A stretch of 64,000 nt of DNA from Desulfatiglandales bacterium (lineage in GTDB: Bacteria > Desulfobacterota > DSM-4660 > Desulfatiglandales > Desulfatiglandaceae): NCBI GenBank assembly GCA_963662465.1, contig OY759599.1:8064001-8128000 (forward strand). Direction: 5' to 3'. The translations under genes and the position numbers were made by a program. Of the stretch, positions 10,532 to 20,998 are shown one piece after another. Positions within the stretch are counted from its first letter, which is position 1; each line of letters begins with the position of its first letter. The notes below the pieces were generated by a model. That model did no database searches. It saw only the letters and a program-made list of their open reading frames with translations, and was not told the origin of the DNA.

Positions 10532-12397
10532 TTATTCCGCAATCCTCACAATGGCCCCCTTGGGGCAGACTTGCAGGCATACGCCGCATTGAACGCACAG
10601 GGCCTGGTTGATATTGGTTCGGCCCAGGTGTTCGTCATGGTAGAGGGCCGGGCATTCAAACCGGTCCAGGCAGAAATTGCATTCTGTGCAGTCATCGGTG
10701 ATGGCGACCGGTATGCGCTCCGGAATCGCTTCTCCCCGGTAAGCAATGACGCAGGGATGGCGGGCGATGATGACCGCAATACCGCCCTCGGGGGACTCCG
10801 TATATTGGGCGGCTTTTTTTATGAGCTTGCCCATGCTTACGGTGTCATAGGGATCCACTGCTTCGATGAAATCGATGCCGCATCCCTTGACCACCCGTTC
10901 CAGGGGAATGGCTTTTCCTTTGCTGCCGTCAGCGCGGATGCCGATGCCGGGGGTGGGCTGCATGCCGGTCATGGCGGTGATAAGGTTGTCTAGGATGACC
11001 AGGATGAACCGGGCGTCATTGTACACGGCGTTGATAAGCCCCGCCGTGCCAGAGTGATAAAAGGTGGAATCCCCGATGGTGGCCACCACCGGTTGTTCCA
11101 CCCCGTCCTGCTTGTAGGCATGGTAAAAGCCCGAGGCCATGGTGATGGCGGCCCCCATGTCCAGCACCGTATCCACGGCGCCCAGGTTGAGTCCCAGGGT
11201 ATAGCACCCGATGTCCGAGGTGAAGATGGCCTTGGGCCGGGCCTTTCGAATGGCAAAAAAGGAGGCCCGGTGGGGACACCCCGCGCAGAGGGTCGGTTTT
11301 CGAATGGGCAAATCCAGGCTTTGGACCAGTTGTAAAACCCCGTAATCTTCTTTTGGAACGAAGGGTTCTATGTTCAGTTCTTCAAGGACCCGGGCTGTGA
11401 CATCAAAAATCACCTGGGGCAGCAGTTCTCCCTGAGAGGGTACATGACCCGAAATGCGGCCGAGTACTTTCCGGTGGTCCCCCAGCAGATATTCGATGAG
11501 GGTGTCGGTTTCTTCCAGCACCAGTACTTTTTCGCAGGCCGCCATGAACGCATCGGTCAGGCCCTTGGGAAGAGGGTAGGGGGCGCCCAGTTTCAACAGG
11601 GGAATGTCGTTTCTCTTCTCATCGGATAAAATGTCCCGGATGGCGGCGAAGGGCACGCCGCCGGCGATGATGCCCAGGGGGTATGTTTTTCCGGATTCCA
11701 GGTTGTGATAATTGATGGCGGAAAGGGTGGAAAATCGTTCCCCAATGGCCTCGAGCTTTTTATTCAGTTCCCCATGGAGAATGAACCGGAATCGGGGGGT
11801 CGCGGCCCAGCGGCCCGGATCTTTTTCAAAAGAGGCCTTGCGCGTGTTATTCGCCAACGTGTCCCATGTGAGGTTTTGCCGGGCGTGACAAACACGAATC
11901 GCCGGTCTTAAGATAAAAGGGATGCGGAATTCCTCCGAGAGCTCCATGGCAAGGCCTGCCATGAGCCTGGCCTCCTCGGGTGTTGCCGGATCCAGGATCG
12001 GAATTTTGGCGAGCCGTGCCATGAACCGGGTGTCCTGCTCGGTCTGGGAGGAATGGGGCCCCGGATCATCGCAGGAGATAATGACCAACCCTCCCACGGT
12101 TCCCATGTAAACCGCGCTCATGAGCGTGTCGGCGGCCACGTTGAGCCCCACCTGTTTCATGCAGCATGCGGCTCTTTTGCCGGAAATGGCCGCTGCAAAG
12201 GCATTGTCCAAAGCTACCTTTTCGTTGGTGGACCATTCCACGTAAGTGTTCAGTCCTTCCGATTTCACCAGACGGATCACTTCGGGCAGTATCTCGGAAC
12301 TGGGCGTGCCTGGATAGGAGGTCATCACCTGACACCCTGCCTCCATCAATCCCAGTGCAATGGCGCCGTTTCCTAAAAAAATCTCCTGTTTCTTCAT
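10532..12397 (-). CDS. iorA: Indolepyruvate:ferredoxin oxidoreductase alpha subunit
   Basis: YPGTPSSE, MKQVGLNVA, CAGCPH, DIGCY, GDSTF, two ferredoxin Cys clusters. Confidence 0.94.
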   Translation of the reverse strand: MKKQEIFLGNGAIALGLMEAGCQVMTSYPGTPSSEILPEVIRLVKSEGLNTYVEWSTNEKVALDNAFAAAISGKRAACCMKQVGLNVAADTLMSAVYMGTVGGLVIISCDDPGPHSSQTEQDTRFMARLAKIPILDPATPEEARLMAGLAMELSEEFRIPFILRPAIRVCHARQNLTWDTLANNTRKASFEKDPGRWAATPRFRFILHGELNKKLEAIGERFSTLSAINYHNLESGKTYPLGIIAGGVPFAAIRDILSDEKRNDIPLLKLGAPYPLPKGLTDAFMAACEKVLVLEETDTLIEYLLGDHRKVLGRISGHVPSQGELLPQVIFDVTARVLEELNIEPFVPKEDYGVLQLVQSLDLPIRKPTLCAGCPHRASFFAIRKARPKAIFTSDIGCYTLGLNLGAVDTVLDMGAAITMASGFYHAYKQDGVEQPVVATIGDSTFYHSGTAGLINAVYNDARFILVILDNLITAMTGMQPTPGIGIRADGSKGKAIPLERVVKGCGIDFIEAVDPYDTVSMGKLIKKAAQYTESPEGGIAVIIARHPCVIAYRGEAIPERIPVAITDDCTECNFCLDRFECPALYHDEHLGRTNINQALCVQCGVCLQVCPKGAIVRIAE

Positions 12398-12423
12398 GTC
12401 AACTCCTCATTTTGTCTGTTCAA

Positions 12424-13740
12424 TCAAAAATTGTATAAATTGTCCAAAGCCGGGGTCAGGGGCAACAGCAGGCCCCCCAGGGGGAATATGTTTGCCGTGG
12501 CGTTGGGTTTTCTTTTCTGTTCTTCGCTGATGGCGGCTGCCAGGGTGGGGGCATAATGAAAGCCCAGCCGGTTTACGGCGGTTTCGTCCAGATCTTCGCT
12601 GACGATGGTGATGCGGGTGCGGGAAGCGCAGACCAAAGCAAAGAAAATGGCGCAGTTGAAGTCGATGGCCCCTTCGGCCATGGGTTTGGCCGATTTGAAG
12701 GCGTTTACCGCATAGCGGCCCGGATGTTCCGGGTGGGTTTCGAAAATTTTATCAAATGAACGCAGCATGGGTTCGGGTATGCCGCCCGGGCATCGGGCCA
12801 GAACAATGACGGCGCCTCCGGGTTGGGTGGTCATGAGGGAAGCGGGAATGATGGGTTTTATGATCTGGGGGCCTTCATCGTAGGGATCGGCTGAAACAAG
12901 GGTCACATCCGCGGGTGTTTTCATGTGAAAAGCATAGTTTCGTTTGCTTTTTTCGATGCCCGCAAGGTGGGCTTTTCTGAAATCACCGGCTACCACGTCA
13001 ACGACCCGTTCGCGGGCGTCAAAGACGCCATTGACGATAAAGTTTAACCCCGCCGCTTCTGCCATGCGGCAGACTTCGTGATGGAAGGGGTTTTGCTCGG
13101 TATGCCCCAGAATGCATCCCGGCGCCGGCGTATAATGAAAATGGTGTTCGCTGATGGACTTGAAATCGGCGACCCCGGGAAACAAAATTTTGGCGCCGCC
13201 CCCAAATCCGTTCATGGGGTGGGGAAAGATGCTTCCGATACCGATTTTAAGTTGAGCCCGGGCCACAACCGGGTCAATGGCGACTTCACATCCCGTGGAA
13301 AGCTTTCCAATGGACACCAGGTTGTCGGCATGACAGTCATGCTGCACCACCCGGTATTTTCGAAGAACGGTCTTTCCGATCTTGGCTTCAAGCTCTTTTT
13401 CCGAGGCAAAGCGATGGGTCCCCAGGGCCACCACGATGGTGATGTTTTCCCGTCTGACCCCGGCTTCCAGAAGGGCATCGAGAATGGGGGGGAGCATTTT
13501 GTCAACCGGTGTCGTGCGGGCCGGATCATCCACCAGAATCGCCACTTCCGCATCTTTTTCCACCATCTCGCAAAGGGTGGGGGACCCTACGGGTGTGTTC
13601 AGAGCGTTTTTTACCAGATCTTCGATGGATGTCGTCGGTGTTTCCTCCGTGATATTGGGATGTTCCAATATCGTCCATGCCGGCGGCAGGGTAAATGCTT
13701 TCTTTTTTTCACCATAATAGAGGAAATAATTTTCTTGCAC
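12424..13740 (-). CDS. Nickel-pincer lactate racemase family (LarA-like) protein
   Basis: DDPARTTP, ALGTHR, QHD, PHPMNGFGGGAKILFPG. Confidence 0.85.
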   Translation of the reverse strand: MQENYFLYYGEKKKAFTLPPAWTILEHPNITEETPTTSIEDLVKNALNTPVGSPTLCEMVEKDAEVAILVDDPARTTPVDKMLPPILDALLEAGVRRENITIVVALGTHRFASEKELEAKIGKTVLRKYRVVQHDCHADNLVSIGKLSTGCEVAIDPVVARAQLKIGIGSIFPHPMNGFGGGAKILFPGVADFKSISEHHFHYTPAPGCILGHTEQNPFHHEVCRMAEAAGLNFIVNGVFDARERVVDVVAGDFRKAHLAGIEKSKRNYAFHMKTPADVTLVSADPYDEGPQIIKPIIPASLMTTQPGGAVIVLARCPGGIPEPMLRSFDKIFETHPEHPGRYAVNAFKSAKPMAEGAIDFNCAIFFALVCASRTRITIVSEDLDETAVNRLGFHYAPTLAAAISEEQKRKPNATANIFPLGGLLLPLTPALDNLYNF

Positions 13741-14005
13741 GGGCTTCTACTCCTGACGGCTATTTTTTTGCTTACGCAAAGGCGCAAATTGAAGGTTGTA
13801 ATTTCATAAGAAGATTTCTCAGTGGTGTCAAGGCTTATTGTATTAGGAGGCCCTTCGATTTTAGTTTCTTTAATTGCCTTTTGTGTTTTCCGGCGCCAAA
13901 GTCATTCTGATTGCCATTGAAATCTCCTCATGCTATAAAAGTAACCGTTCACGGTTTACGGTTACCTAATGTCCTACAGAAGTACTGATTGATGTGGGAG
14001 GGGTT

Positions 14006-14458
14006 ATGAGCAGCAAAAAGGGAACATTTACAAGGGTGGAGAAGACAACGGAGAGGATGTATGGGCCGCGAAAGCTTCTGGTGTGCGGCTATCCCGCAAA
14101 GGAACAGGATGGTCTTGCGGCATGTCTAAAGGAAACGGCGCTGAATGATCTTCCTCTGGTATTTATTGGCGAAAATGAGGGCGAGCAGTGCATCAACGAG
14201 ATTCTGATGTGTGATGATGGGCACGGCGCCGGAGAAGATTCCCGTCTCGGCAGAGCCGTAATCATGTCGGGATTAACCCAGGAAGAGCTGCACCGTCTTA
14301 TAAAAGGTTACAGGGAAAGCGGGATGCCGAGCCAGCTATGGGCCACTGTTACCCCGATTTCCGAAGGATGGCGGGTAATCGATCTTCTAAAGGAATTGGC
14401 TAAAGAAGCCGAAGCAATGAGAAGAAGAGCCTCCTCGACAGGAAAATCGATAGTTTAA
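14006..14458 (+). CDS. DUF3783-like protein
   Basis: LWATVTPISEGW..L..EL..E C-terminal pattern; GGAGG RBS. Confidence 0.7.
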   Translation: MSSKKGTFTRVEKTTERMYGPRKLLVCGYPAKEQDGLAACLKETALNDLPLVFIGENEGEQCINEILMCDDGHGAGEDSRLGRAVIMSGLTQEELHRLIKGYRESGMPSQLWATVTPISEGWRVIDLLKELAKEAEAMRRRASSTGKSIV

Positions 14459-14569
14459 ACATAACGGGCGTTCGTTAGATTATGTCGAGAGCCAACTGGG
14501 TCTTTGGACGCGAATCAATCTCTATTTTGCTCCAAGCGCCATGAGAAGAATCCCATGGCGTGAGAGATG

Positions 14570-15403
14570 TTATTGAACCGTAAATTCCAGGTTGTCTAGG
14601 CCGCCGGTGTAAACGGCTTTGTAGCTGCCCGGCTTGCCGGGATACATTTTGCCCAGTGAGCCCGTGATCACCACCATCCCCTTCTTGATGTCGCCGCCAT
14701 TGGCCAGCACATTGTTCAGCGCCCATGAGAGCGCCTTCCACTGGTCCCCGAGGGCTGCTCTTCCCGGAATCGCGGGACCCATGGCTTTTTCATTCATGAA
14801 CAATTGACCGGTGACCGTATTGGGATCTACTTTGTCGACGGGTTGTTCTTTCCCGAGAATATACCCTCTGGCGCCCACGTTGTCCGCAATGATGTCTGTA
14901 AAGGCAAGGCCCTTGAAGGTGGCAAAATTCAGGTCCGGCACTTCAACCGCGGGCAATATGGCGCCGACCATTTCTTTGACGTTTTGAGGGGTAGTGGGTG
15001 TTTTCATGTCCTGGTTCAGGATGTAGCCGATCTCCACCTCCAGCATCAACCTGGTGTAGGGTTTGCTCGAAACCTTTCCGTCTGCAATCCGCATATTTTC
15101 AAGCAGGACCCCTGTGACCGGTCCCGGCGCCTTGAATTTCTTCTGTGCCGGCGGGCTGGTGAGTCCGGCCTTGTAGCCGGCTATCACGGCCCCGTCCTTT
15201 ATGAGCCTTGAAACAAACCGGTTCTGGATCTCGTAGGCCTGATTGACGGTGAGACCCGGTATGGCGGATGAGGGCAGCGGGACGGGTGTACAGGCCTTAT
15301 AGTTTTCAAGCAGCACCTGGGAAACGTCTTCCCCGGCTTGAACGGTGGAAAAGAGAAAAGCGACCATAACAAGGGCTGAAACTGTCAAATGCATTTTTTT
15401 CAT
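14570..15403 (-). CDS. 2-keto-4-pentenoate hydratase / FAH superfamily protein with signal peptide
   Basis: AYEIQ, GYKAGLTS, EVEIG, ADN, VITGS; N-terminal hydrophobic stretch ending VQA. Confidence 0.85.
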   Translation of the reverse strand: MKKMHLTVSALVMVAFLFSTVQAGEDVSQVLLENYKACTPVPLPSSAIPGLTVNQAYEIQNRFVSRLIKDGAVIAGYKAGLTSPPAQKKFKAPGPVTGVLLENMRIADGKVSSKPYTRLMLEVEIGYILNQDMKTPTTPQNVKEMVGAILPAVEVPDLNFATFKGLAFTDIIADNVGARGYILGKEQPVDKVDPNTVTGQLFMNEKAMGPAIPGRAALGDQWKALSWALNNVLANGGDIKKGMVVITGSLGKMYPGKPGSYKAVYTGGLDNLEFTVQ

Positions 15404-15467
15404 GGGTAATCCTCCAAATAAAAAAGGTGTTTTGTTCGGGCCTCAGCAAGAAATGCCTGCGCCTGCC

Positions 15468-17414
15468 TTATTCAAAACAAAAATCCGATTCTTCGAAGAT
15501 AAGAGAACATACGTCTACCACCTCAGGGTCATAAAATATTCCCTTTTGCCGGTTGATTTCCTCAAGGGCCACTGGAATGCCGAGGGCGGCACGGTACGGT
15601 CTGTGGGAGGCCATGGCTTCGACCACGTCCGCCACGCACAATATCCTGGCTTCCAAAAGAATTTCATCACCGGATAACCCTTGCGGATATCCGGATCCAT
15701 CCAGTCTCTCATGGTGCTGGTAAACGATTTGGGATACAGGCCAGGGGAACTCAACCTCTTTTAATATCTCGTAACCGACCCGTGGATGTTTCTTGATCAG
15801 CGCGAATTCCTCCTTGTCCAATATCCCCGGTTTACTGAGAATGGCCGCTGGAATGGCCATTTTGCCGATATCATGAATGAGGCTTGAAATGCGAATACCC
15901 TCAATTTGTTCCTCTGAAAGCCCCATTTTTTCAGCGATTGCCTGCGCCAGCACGGATACCCGCCGCTGATGTCCGGCCGTGTAAGGGTCCTTTCTTTCCA
16001 CAATTAGGGCGATGGCTTGAATGGTGCCGTTTAATATCCGATTCAGCTTTCTGACGCTGTCATCCAGATCCGCCTTGGCCCTTTCCTTCTTCGCGATTTC
16101 CTGTTGAGCGATCTGATAAAGCTTTGCATTTTCAATGGCCGTGGCGGCGGATGCCGCCAACCACTCCAGAAGCGTCTGATGGTTGATATCGAACCTTCCC
16201 GGCGCCGTGTCCACCACCTGTACGACGCCGATGAGGTTTCCCCTGGCGATCAATGGCACGCTGAGGATGGATCGGGTCTCCAGACCTGTTGAGCCATCGA
16301 CCCCTTTGAAATGGCGAAAATCGATGCGTGTGTCCGAGACATTCAAGAGTTTACCGTGGTGGGCAACCCAACCTGCCAGCCCTTGCCTGGGTTCCAGACA
16401 CCATCCATTGAGGACATCGGCGCAAAGCCCGGCGGCCTGCCGACATACCAGTTTTTCAGTCTCCGGTTCCAGAAGCCAGATCGTGCTGCCCAGTACGTCC
16501 ATCAGGCGGCGCAATTCCTCCAGGACCGTAACGAGTACGCGGTCCAGATCAAGGCTGGAGTTAAATGTGCGACCGGCCATGTTCAGGAGTTCAAGTTCAT
16601 GGTTGCGTCTCTTGAGGGATGCCTCGGCTTGCTTCTGCAGGGTGACGTCATTTAGAATCAGTACCGATGAAGATCCATTTTCGTTGATGGGCAGGGCCTT
16701 GATCATCAAATGGTATGAGTTCATGTATACGAGAATATCTTCGGTGCTGTTTTTTGCGTTCTCACCAATGGCGGCAATAAGTTCTGAAACCGGCCGTTGG
16801 TAATTCGTCGGGAATATCTCTAAAACAGGTGATGCAAGGAGTTTTTCTTCAGGAAGATCAATGATGACAATGGCGGCGGGGTTGGCGTAGACAACCCGGC
16901 CGTCTTCTGAAATTTCGAGGATGCCCTCGGTCATCCTTTCAAATATAATCTCAAAGTGTTTTTTGAGGGAAAATAATTCACTGGTGATTGATTTTGAAGA
17001 TACACATTCTCTTTTCAGCGTCTTTTGGTCTGAAGATATTGCCGGGGTCGCGGGTCGTCGATGGTTGACGACGCAAAGCACATTCCGCTTCATTTCTTCA
17101 AAAGCGCCCTTTGGAATACATTGGTCTACTCCCAATGCTTTCAGGTCAGCTGGTTCTTCAAGGGTAGCGGAGAGGACAATGAGATAGACTTTTTCCAGCT
17201 TTCGCATCCCCCTGATAATTTTGCAGAGCCGCTTTCCGTCAATATTGGGCATAATCAAGTCGACAATGATAATGTCGGGGGTATGCTGTTCCAGGACATC
17301 AACGGCGTAAAGCCCATCTTTTGCGGTGAGAACCTCATGGCCTTCATTTGAAAGGATATCTTTCAGGAATTCAAGGATGAACGGGTCGTTGTCCACCGCC
17401 AGTATTTTGCTCAT
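15468..17414 (-). CDS. Response regulator with PAS, GAF and HD-GYP phosphodiesterase domains
   Basis: ILAVDND receiver; YTAGHQRRV, HDIGK, HHERLDGSGYP. Confidence 0.92.
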   Translation of the reverse strand: MSKILAVDNDPFILEFLKDILSNEGHEVLTAKDGLYAVDVLEQHTPDIIIVDLIMPNIDGKRLCKIIRGMRKLEKVYLIVLSATLEEPADLKALGVDQCIPKGAFEEMKRNVLCVVNHRRPATPAISSDQKTLKRECVSSKSITSELFSLKKHFEIIFERMTEGILEISEDGRVVYANPAAIVIIDLPEEKLLASPVLEIFPTNYQRPVSELIAAIGENAKNSTEDILVYMNSYHLMIKALPINENGSSSVLILNDVTLQKQAEASLKRRNHELELLNMAGRTFNSSLDLDRVLVTVLEELRRLMDVLGSTIWLLEPETEKLVCRQAAGLCADVLNGWCLEPRQGLAGWVAHHGKLLNVSDTRIDFRHFKGVDGSTGLETRSILSVPLIARGNLIGVVQVVDTAPGRFDINHQTLLEWLAASAATAIENAKLYQIAQQEIAKKERAKADLDDSVRKLNRILNGTIQAIALIVERKDPYTAGHQRRVSVLAQAIAEKMGLSEEQIEGIRISSLIHDIGKMAIPAAILSKPGILDKEEFALIKKHPRVGYEILKEVEFPWPVSQIVYQHHERLDGSGYPQGLSGDEILLEARILCVADVVEAMASHRPYRAALGIPVALEEINRQKGIFYDPEVVDVCSLIFEESDFCFE

Positions 17415-17678
17415 TGCTTTCCCCTGTTTTTCCTTGATAAAGCCGCATGTGTATCTCAATGACCATACTTTAAATAAATATTTTATATTTATCTTGTTGC
17501 TTGGATCAAGTAAAATCTTCCAGAGTCGTTATGAAAAGGGAAATGTCCGGTTTTCCTTTTTTTTCCAAATGTGCCCGACAATTATCTCCCGTCATGTTGC
17601 CCGTTTGAGAAAACACACCGGAAACCATAGCCTACGGATTGTATTTGTGCTTCAAGGCTGCATAAAGAAAGTCGGCTA

Positions 17679-17706
17679 TTGACTTTTTTTCGGGAGTGGT
17701 TACCTT
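17679..17706 (+). promoter_or_regulatory. Possible sigma70 promoter of ssrA
   Basis: TTGACT-16-TACCTT upstream of the tmRNA 5' end. Confidence 0.4.
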
Positions 17707-17764
17707 ATGGTCGTTGTTGATAAGGGGTTTTATCCTGGTATTCAAAAACGTAAAAAACAACATA

Positions 17765-18118
17765 GGGGGCGAAACGGTTTCGACGGGGATAACTGAAGCT
17801 TAGATTGCATACCGAGGTTCCGACTGCTCGTTAAACGGTTGGGCGAAACACAAACGCAGACGATTACGCGTATGCTCTAGCCGCATAAATGGCTAGCGTC
17901 TTACCGGTCTTTGCCTGCGAGACCGGATAAGGCGTCGACTAGTAGGCTAGCCGATCCCTTCTACCTGTGAAACGGTGAGGCGAAAATAAATACAGGTTAG
18001 TCTTTGGCCGGCTTGCTCAGTTGCGACCCCAAAGGCGAAGTTTAGATACTGGGCTATGTATGTAGAGATCTGAGTGGAATATTTTCGGACGCGGGTTCGA
18101 CTCCCGCCGCCTCCACCA
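17765..18118 (+). ncRNA. ssrA: tmRNA; tag peptide ADDYAYALAA* at 17856-17888
   Basis: 5' GGGGGCG..TTCGAC, 3' GGGTTCGACTCCCGCCGCCTCCACCA, internal tag ORF ending ALAA. Confidence 0.97.
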
Positions 18119-18205
18119 ATAATATTTCAAGCAATATCAATAGGTTGAGTCAATAAGGCAACCCCGAAATAGGCGATTGTGCCCAAAATTGTGCCTATTT
18201 TGTGT

Positions 18206-19510
18206 CTAAATCGGTTGTCTTTTTTCATTGGCGGCCTCCATATACTGTCTCTCAAAGGCGGAACCGTCTTGCCTTGTGAGGTTGGGGATATAGCGGCCAT
18301 ACGTTCTGTAGACCATGGAAGTGTCGACGTGCCCCAGGGTTCTGGCTACCCACTCCGGTGTTTCACCGGCCGCCAGCGCCCAGGATGCAAAGGTGTGTCG
18401 GGTTTCATACATACGTCGGTATCTAATGTCCGTTTTCTTCAAAACCCTTGCCCATACTTCCCTGAGCTTATCCTGGAGGATCGGCCTTCCCTCCGTATTT
18501 ACGAACACATACGGGCTATCAAGGTAATGATTTAGTGCCCTTTGCTGCTTCAAACATTTCTTAATGCTCGGCCTGATTTTGATACTCCGTCTGCTTTCTT
18601 CGGTCTTAAGGTCAGACTTTTCTCTGTTGCGCACCCTGCTTAACTCAATATGGATATACTCATTATCAATTGCTTTCCATTTGAGTGCAACCTGCTCAGA
18701 AGGCCTGAGGCCTGTTTGAATCGCGAAATCGAAGTAGGGTTTGTACCAGGGCAGCATGATTTTCATGACCGTTTCCCACTCCTCAAAGCTGAAGGGAAAT
18801 ATCCTGATTTTCCTCACTTTCGGGAGCTTGAGCCTTGAAAATGGATCCGGAAGATCGGTCCAGCCGTATTCATCTATCGCATCTCTTACGATTATCCGCA
18901 ACGGGATCATGACATTCTGAATTGTCTTTCCCGAAATGGGCTGTCCGTACCGGTTTTTCTTGCTCTTGAGATTCGCGACAAATTTTTTCATCCCAACCTT
19001 CGAGCAGATCTCCTTAAAAGATGTATCTTTAAAGTAGGGGAGATGGTGCATTTTGAGAATGGTGGTGTAGTCTTTGACTTGACTGAAATTCATCCCTGGT
19101 TCCATTTCATCCCACCACTTCTTTACATATTCCCCAAATAGCACCTCATCAGGGTCCTTTACGACGTTCTTTCCTTCCAGTATGGCAAAATACGCTTTCT
19201 TTTTGCTGCAAGGAAACCTTTCCGAAAATTCAAATACACCATTTTCAATTTCGGCTACTACGAGATCAAGCTGCTTACGAACGATATTTCGATTGGATGA
19301 GGTGTCTTTCAGACCGGACGGTTCGCGTACACGTTCATCCAGATACCGGAAATCCACCCACAATTTTCCACTACGGCTATAAACCCTTCCTTTTTTTCCC
19401 GCATTTAGCAGACTACGCTTTCTCTTTTTCTCTTCATCCGTGCGGTAACGGGATATTTCGATGACTTTTAATCTTTCCACAAAAAGCCCCCTTTCCGCTT
19501 CTTCAACCAC
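18206..19510 (-). CDS. Tyrosine integrase with N-terminal arm-binding domain (start may lie further in)
   Basis: TGLRPSE, K in DLKT, YETRHTFAS, LGH, catalytic Y in VYRTYGRY. Confidence 0.93.
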   Translation of the reverse strand: MVEEAERGLFVERLKVIEISRYRTDEEKKRKRSLLNAGKKGRVYSRSGKLWVDFRYLDERVREPSGLKDTSSNRNIVRKQLDLVVAEIENGVFEFSERFPCSKKKAYFAILEGKNVVKDPDEVLFGEYVKKWWDEMEPGMNFSQVKDYTTILKMHHLPYFKDTSFKEICSKVGMKKFVANLKSKKNRYGQPISGKTIQNVMIPLRIIVRDAIDEYGWTDLPDPFSRLKLPKVRKIRIFPFSFEEWETVMKIMLPWYKPYFDFAIQTGLRPSEQVALKWKAIDNEYIHIELSRVRNREKSDLKTEESRRSIKIRPSIKKCLKQQRALNHYLDSPYVFVNTEGRPILQDKLREVWARVLKKTDIRYRRMYETRHTFASWALAAGETPEWVARTLGHVDTSMVYRTYGRYIPNLTRQDGSAFERQYMEAANEKRQPI

Positions 19511-19580
19511 CTCCTTTCTGTCCGGATATCACCATAACATGGCTAACACGAACCGGAAGAGGAGGTCAATAGAATAGAGG

Positions 19581-19808
19581 TCATATGTTTATCAAACCCT
19601 TTGGGCGATTGTCTGATCGAGGGTAACCACCGGAATTGCGGTGCAACCATTGTTGAACTTCGCTCCATACAAAAAGAAGTTTTCTGGATGTAGGCTTAAG
19701 ATAATGGACATTCTTTTTGAGTTCATTTTTCCAAACGAGATTCCGGATGGTACCGGGTGCCATCTTTATACGTTCGCTGAGTTCGACTGTGGTAAGATAC
19801 TCTTCCAT
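19581..19808 (-). CDS. Excisionase-like HTH protein
   Basis: YLTTVELSERIKMAPGTIRN; directly upstream of the integrase. Confidence 0.75.
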   Translation of the reverse strand: MEEYLTTVELSERIKMAPGTIRNLVWKNELKKNVHYLKPTSRKLLFVWSEVQQWLHRNSGGYPRSDNRPKGLINI

Positions 19809-19820
19809 TCCGATGCCTTT

Positions 19821-20897
19821 CTATGAAGAACTGTGTTTACGACCATTAGATTGGATCAGTGCCCGAGGATCTTCCTCAGAAGAAATCTGCTTTTTGCTAT
19901 CCTTCCATTGCCTAACTGAACAGAATACTTCACAAAAAGGCTCTATGGCTGCACTGCTACAACCATACCCTGAATATGAACTTTTAAAGGCATATGATGT
20001 CTGGGCCAAGATCTCCGACTCATGGATGACCTCTTTTCCATTGATAGGTCTGTTCTTCAATGCCCATGTCTTAAGCGCCGCTACTGCCATATCGTAGGGC
20101 AGACCCAGTCTCTTTAGATGTACTGCAAGCCTAAAACACCCAACCCTCTGGTATTGGGAAACGCCGTCCTTAAGAATCCTGACCGCACAAGGCGGAAGAG
20201 CGAATGTGCCCTCACCGGTCTTTTGTGAGGAGTGCTCCGAAGACAAGACCTCTTTTTTGGCCGATAGCTCGTTGAGCTCAATTACCTCATCCAGAACCCG
20301 TTCACTGGATCGCTCTACCGATTCAAGAAAGCTCCACTGGTCAGGGTATGGGCTAAACTCTGCGGGTTCTACAAAAGCGGTTTTCCCTTGGAGGACGAGC
20401 GGGCCGAACAAAGGGGCATTAATGAAATTGCCGTAGCGCATATCACCGCCCAGTTTGTCCTGCTTGGGGAATATCTCTGTTTGGGGCAGTTCGATTTCTT
20501 CGAGAATATGTTGCGCTACCATCCGTGCTTTGAGTGCCTGAACTCCATTTTCATCAAAAAAGATCCATACATGGTAGCCTTTCGATTTGCTGGCCTCGAC
20601 ATAGGCGGAAAGCCCATAATGCTTCGCCCTGCCGACAAATTCCGATGGTGCGGTACGGTCTTTTGTATCAAAATCAACGGCGATGGCTCGGGTTCGATCC
20701 TTGACCAGGAGGTACACTCCGTACGGTTGTTTCCCGGTAAGATGGGCCAGAAGCACCTCGTTCGTAACCGGTTCTTTCACCTGTCTTGCCCGGGCGGTTT
20801 TGAGATCATATGTTCCGTAGACGTTGCTAAGCCCGGAAAAACACGATCTGAAAATCGCCACCTTTTCTGTGTTCGTCCTTTTGCTGGTTGTGTCCAT
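19821..20897 (-). CDS. Archaeo-eukaryotic primase (AEP/TOTE-type) domain protein with Cys-containing helical C-terminus
   Basis: AVDFD (DxD), SKSKGYHVW, EIFPKQ, GNFINAPL. Confidence 0.78.
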   Translation of the reverse strand: MDTTSKRTNTEKVAIFRSCFSGLSNVYGTYDLKTARARQVKEPVTNEVLLAHLTGKQPYGVYLLVKDRTRAIAVDFDTKDRTAPSEFVGRAKHYGLSAYVEASKSKGYHVWIFFDENGVQALKARMVAQHILEEIELPQTEIFPKQDKLGGDMRYGNFINAPLFGPLVLQGKTAFVEPAEFSPYPDQWSFLESVERSSERVLDEVIELNELSAKKEVLSSEHSSQKTGEGTFALPPCAVRILKDGVSQYQRVGCFRLAVHLKRLGLPYDMAVAALKTWALKNRPINGKEVIHESEILAQTSYAFKSSYSGYGCSSAAIEPFCEVFCSVRQWKDSKKQISSEEDPRALIQSNGRKHSSS

Positions 20898-20998
20898 TTT
20901 CTCCTCCGCTCAGTGAAAAGGCCTGAACGAACCTCCCTAACAGGAAGGTTCAAAGCTTTCACCACATTAAGCGGATGAAAAAAGGGATGCATTTCACC

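Noticed and set aside
283..17351. Numerous antisense and overlapping ORFs in the ORF track
   Set aside because: They shadow well-supported genes and have no recognisable motifs.
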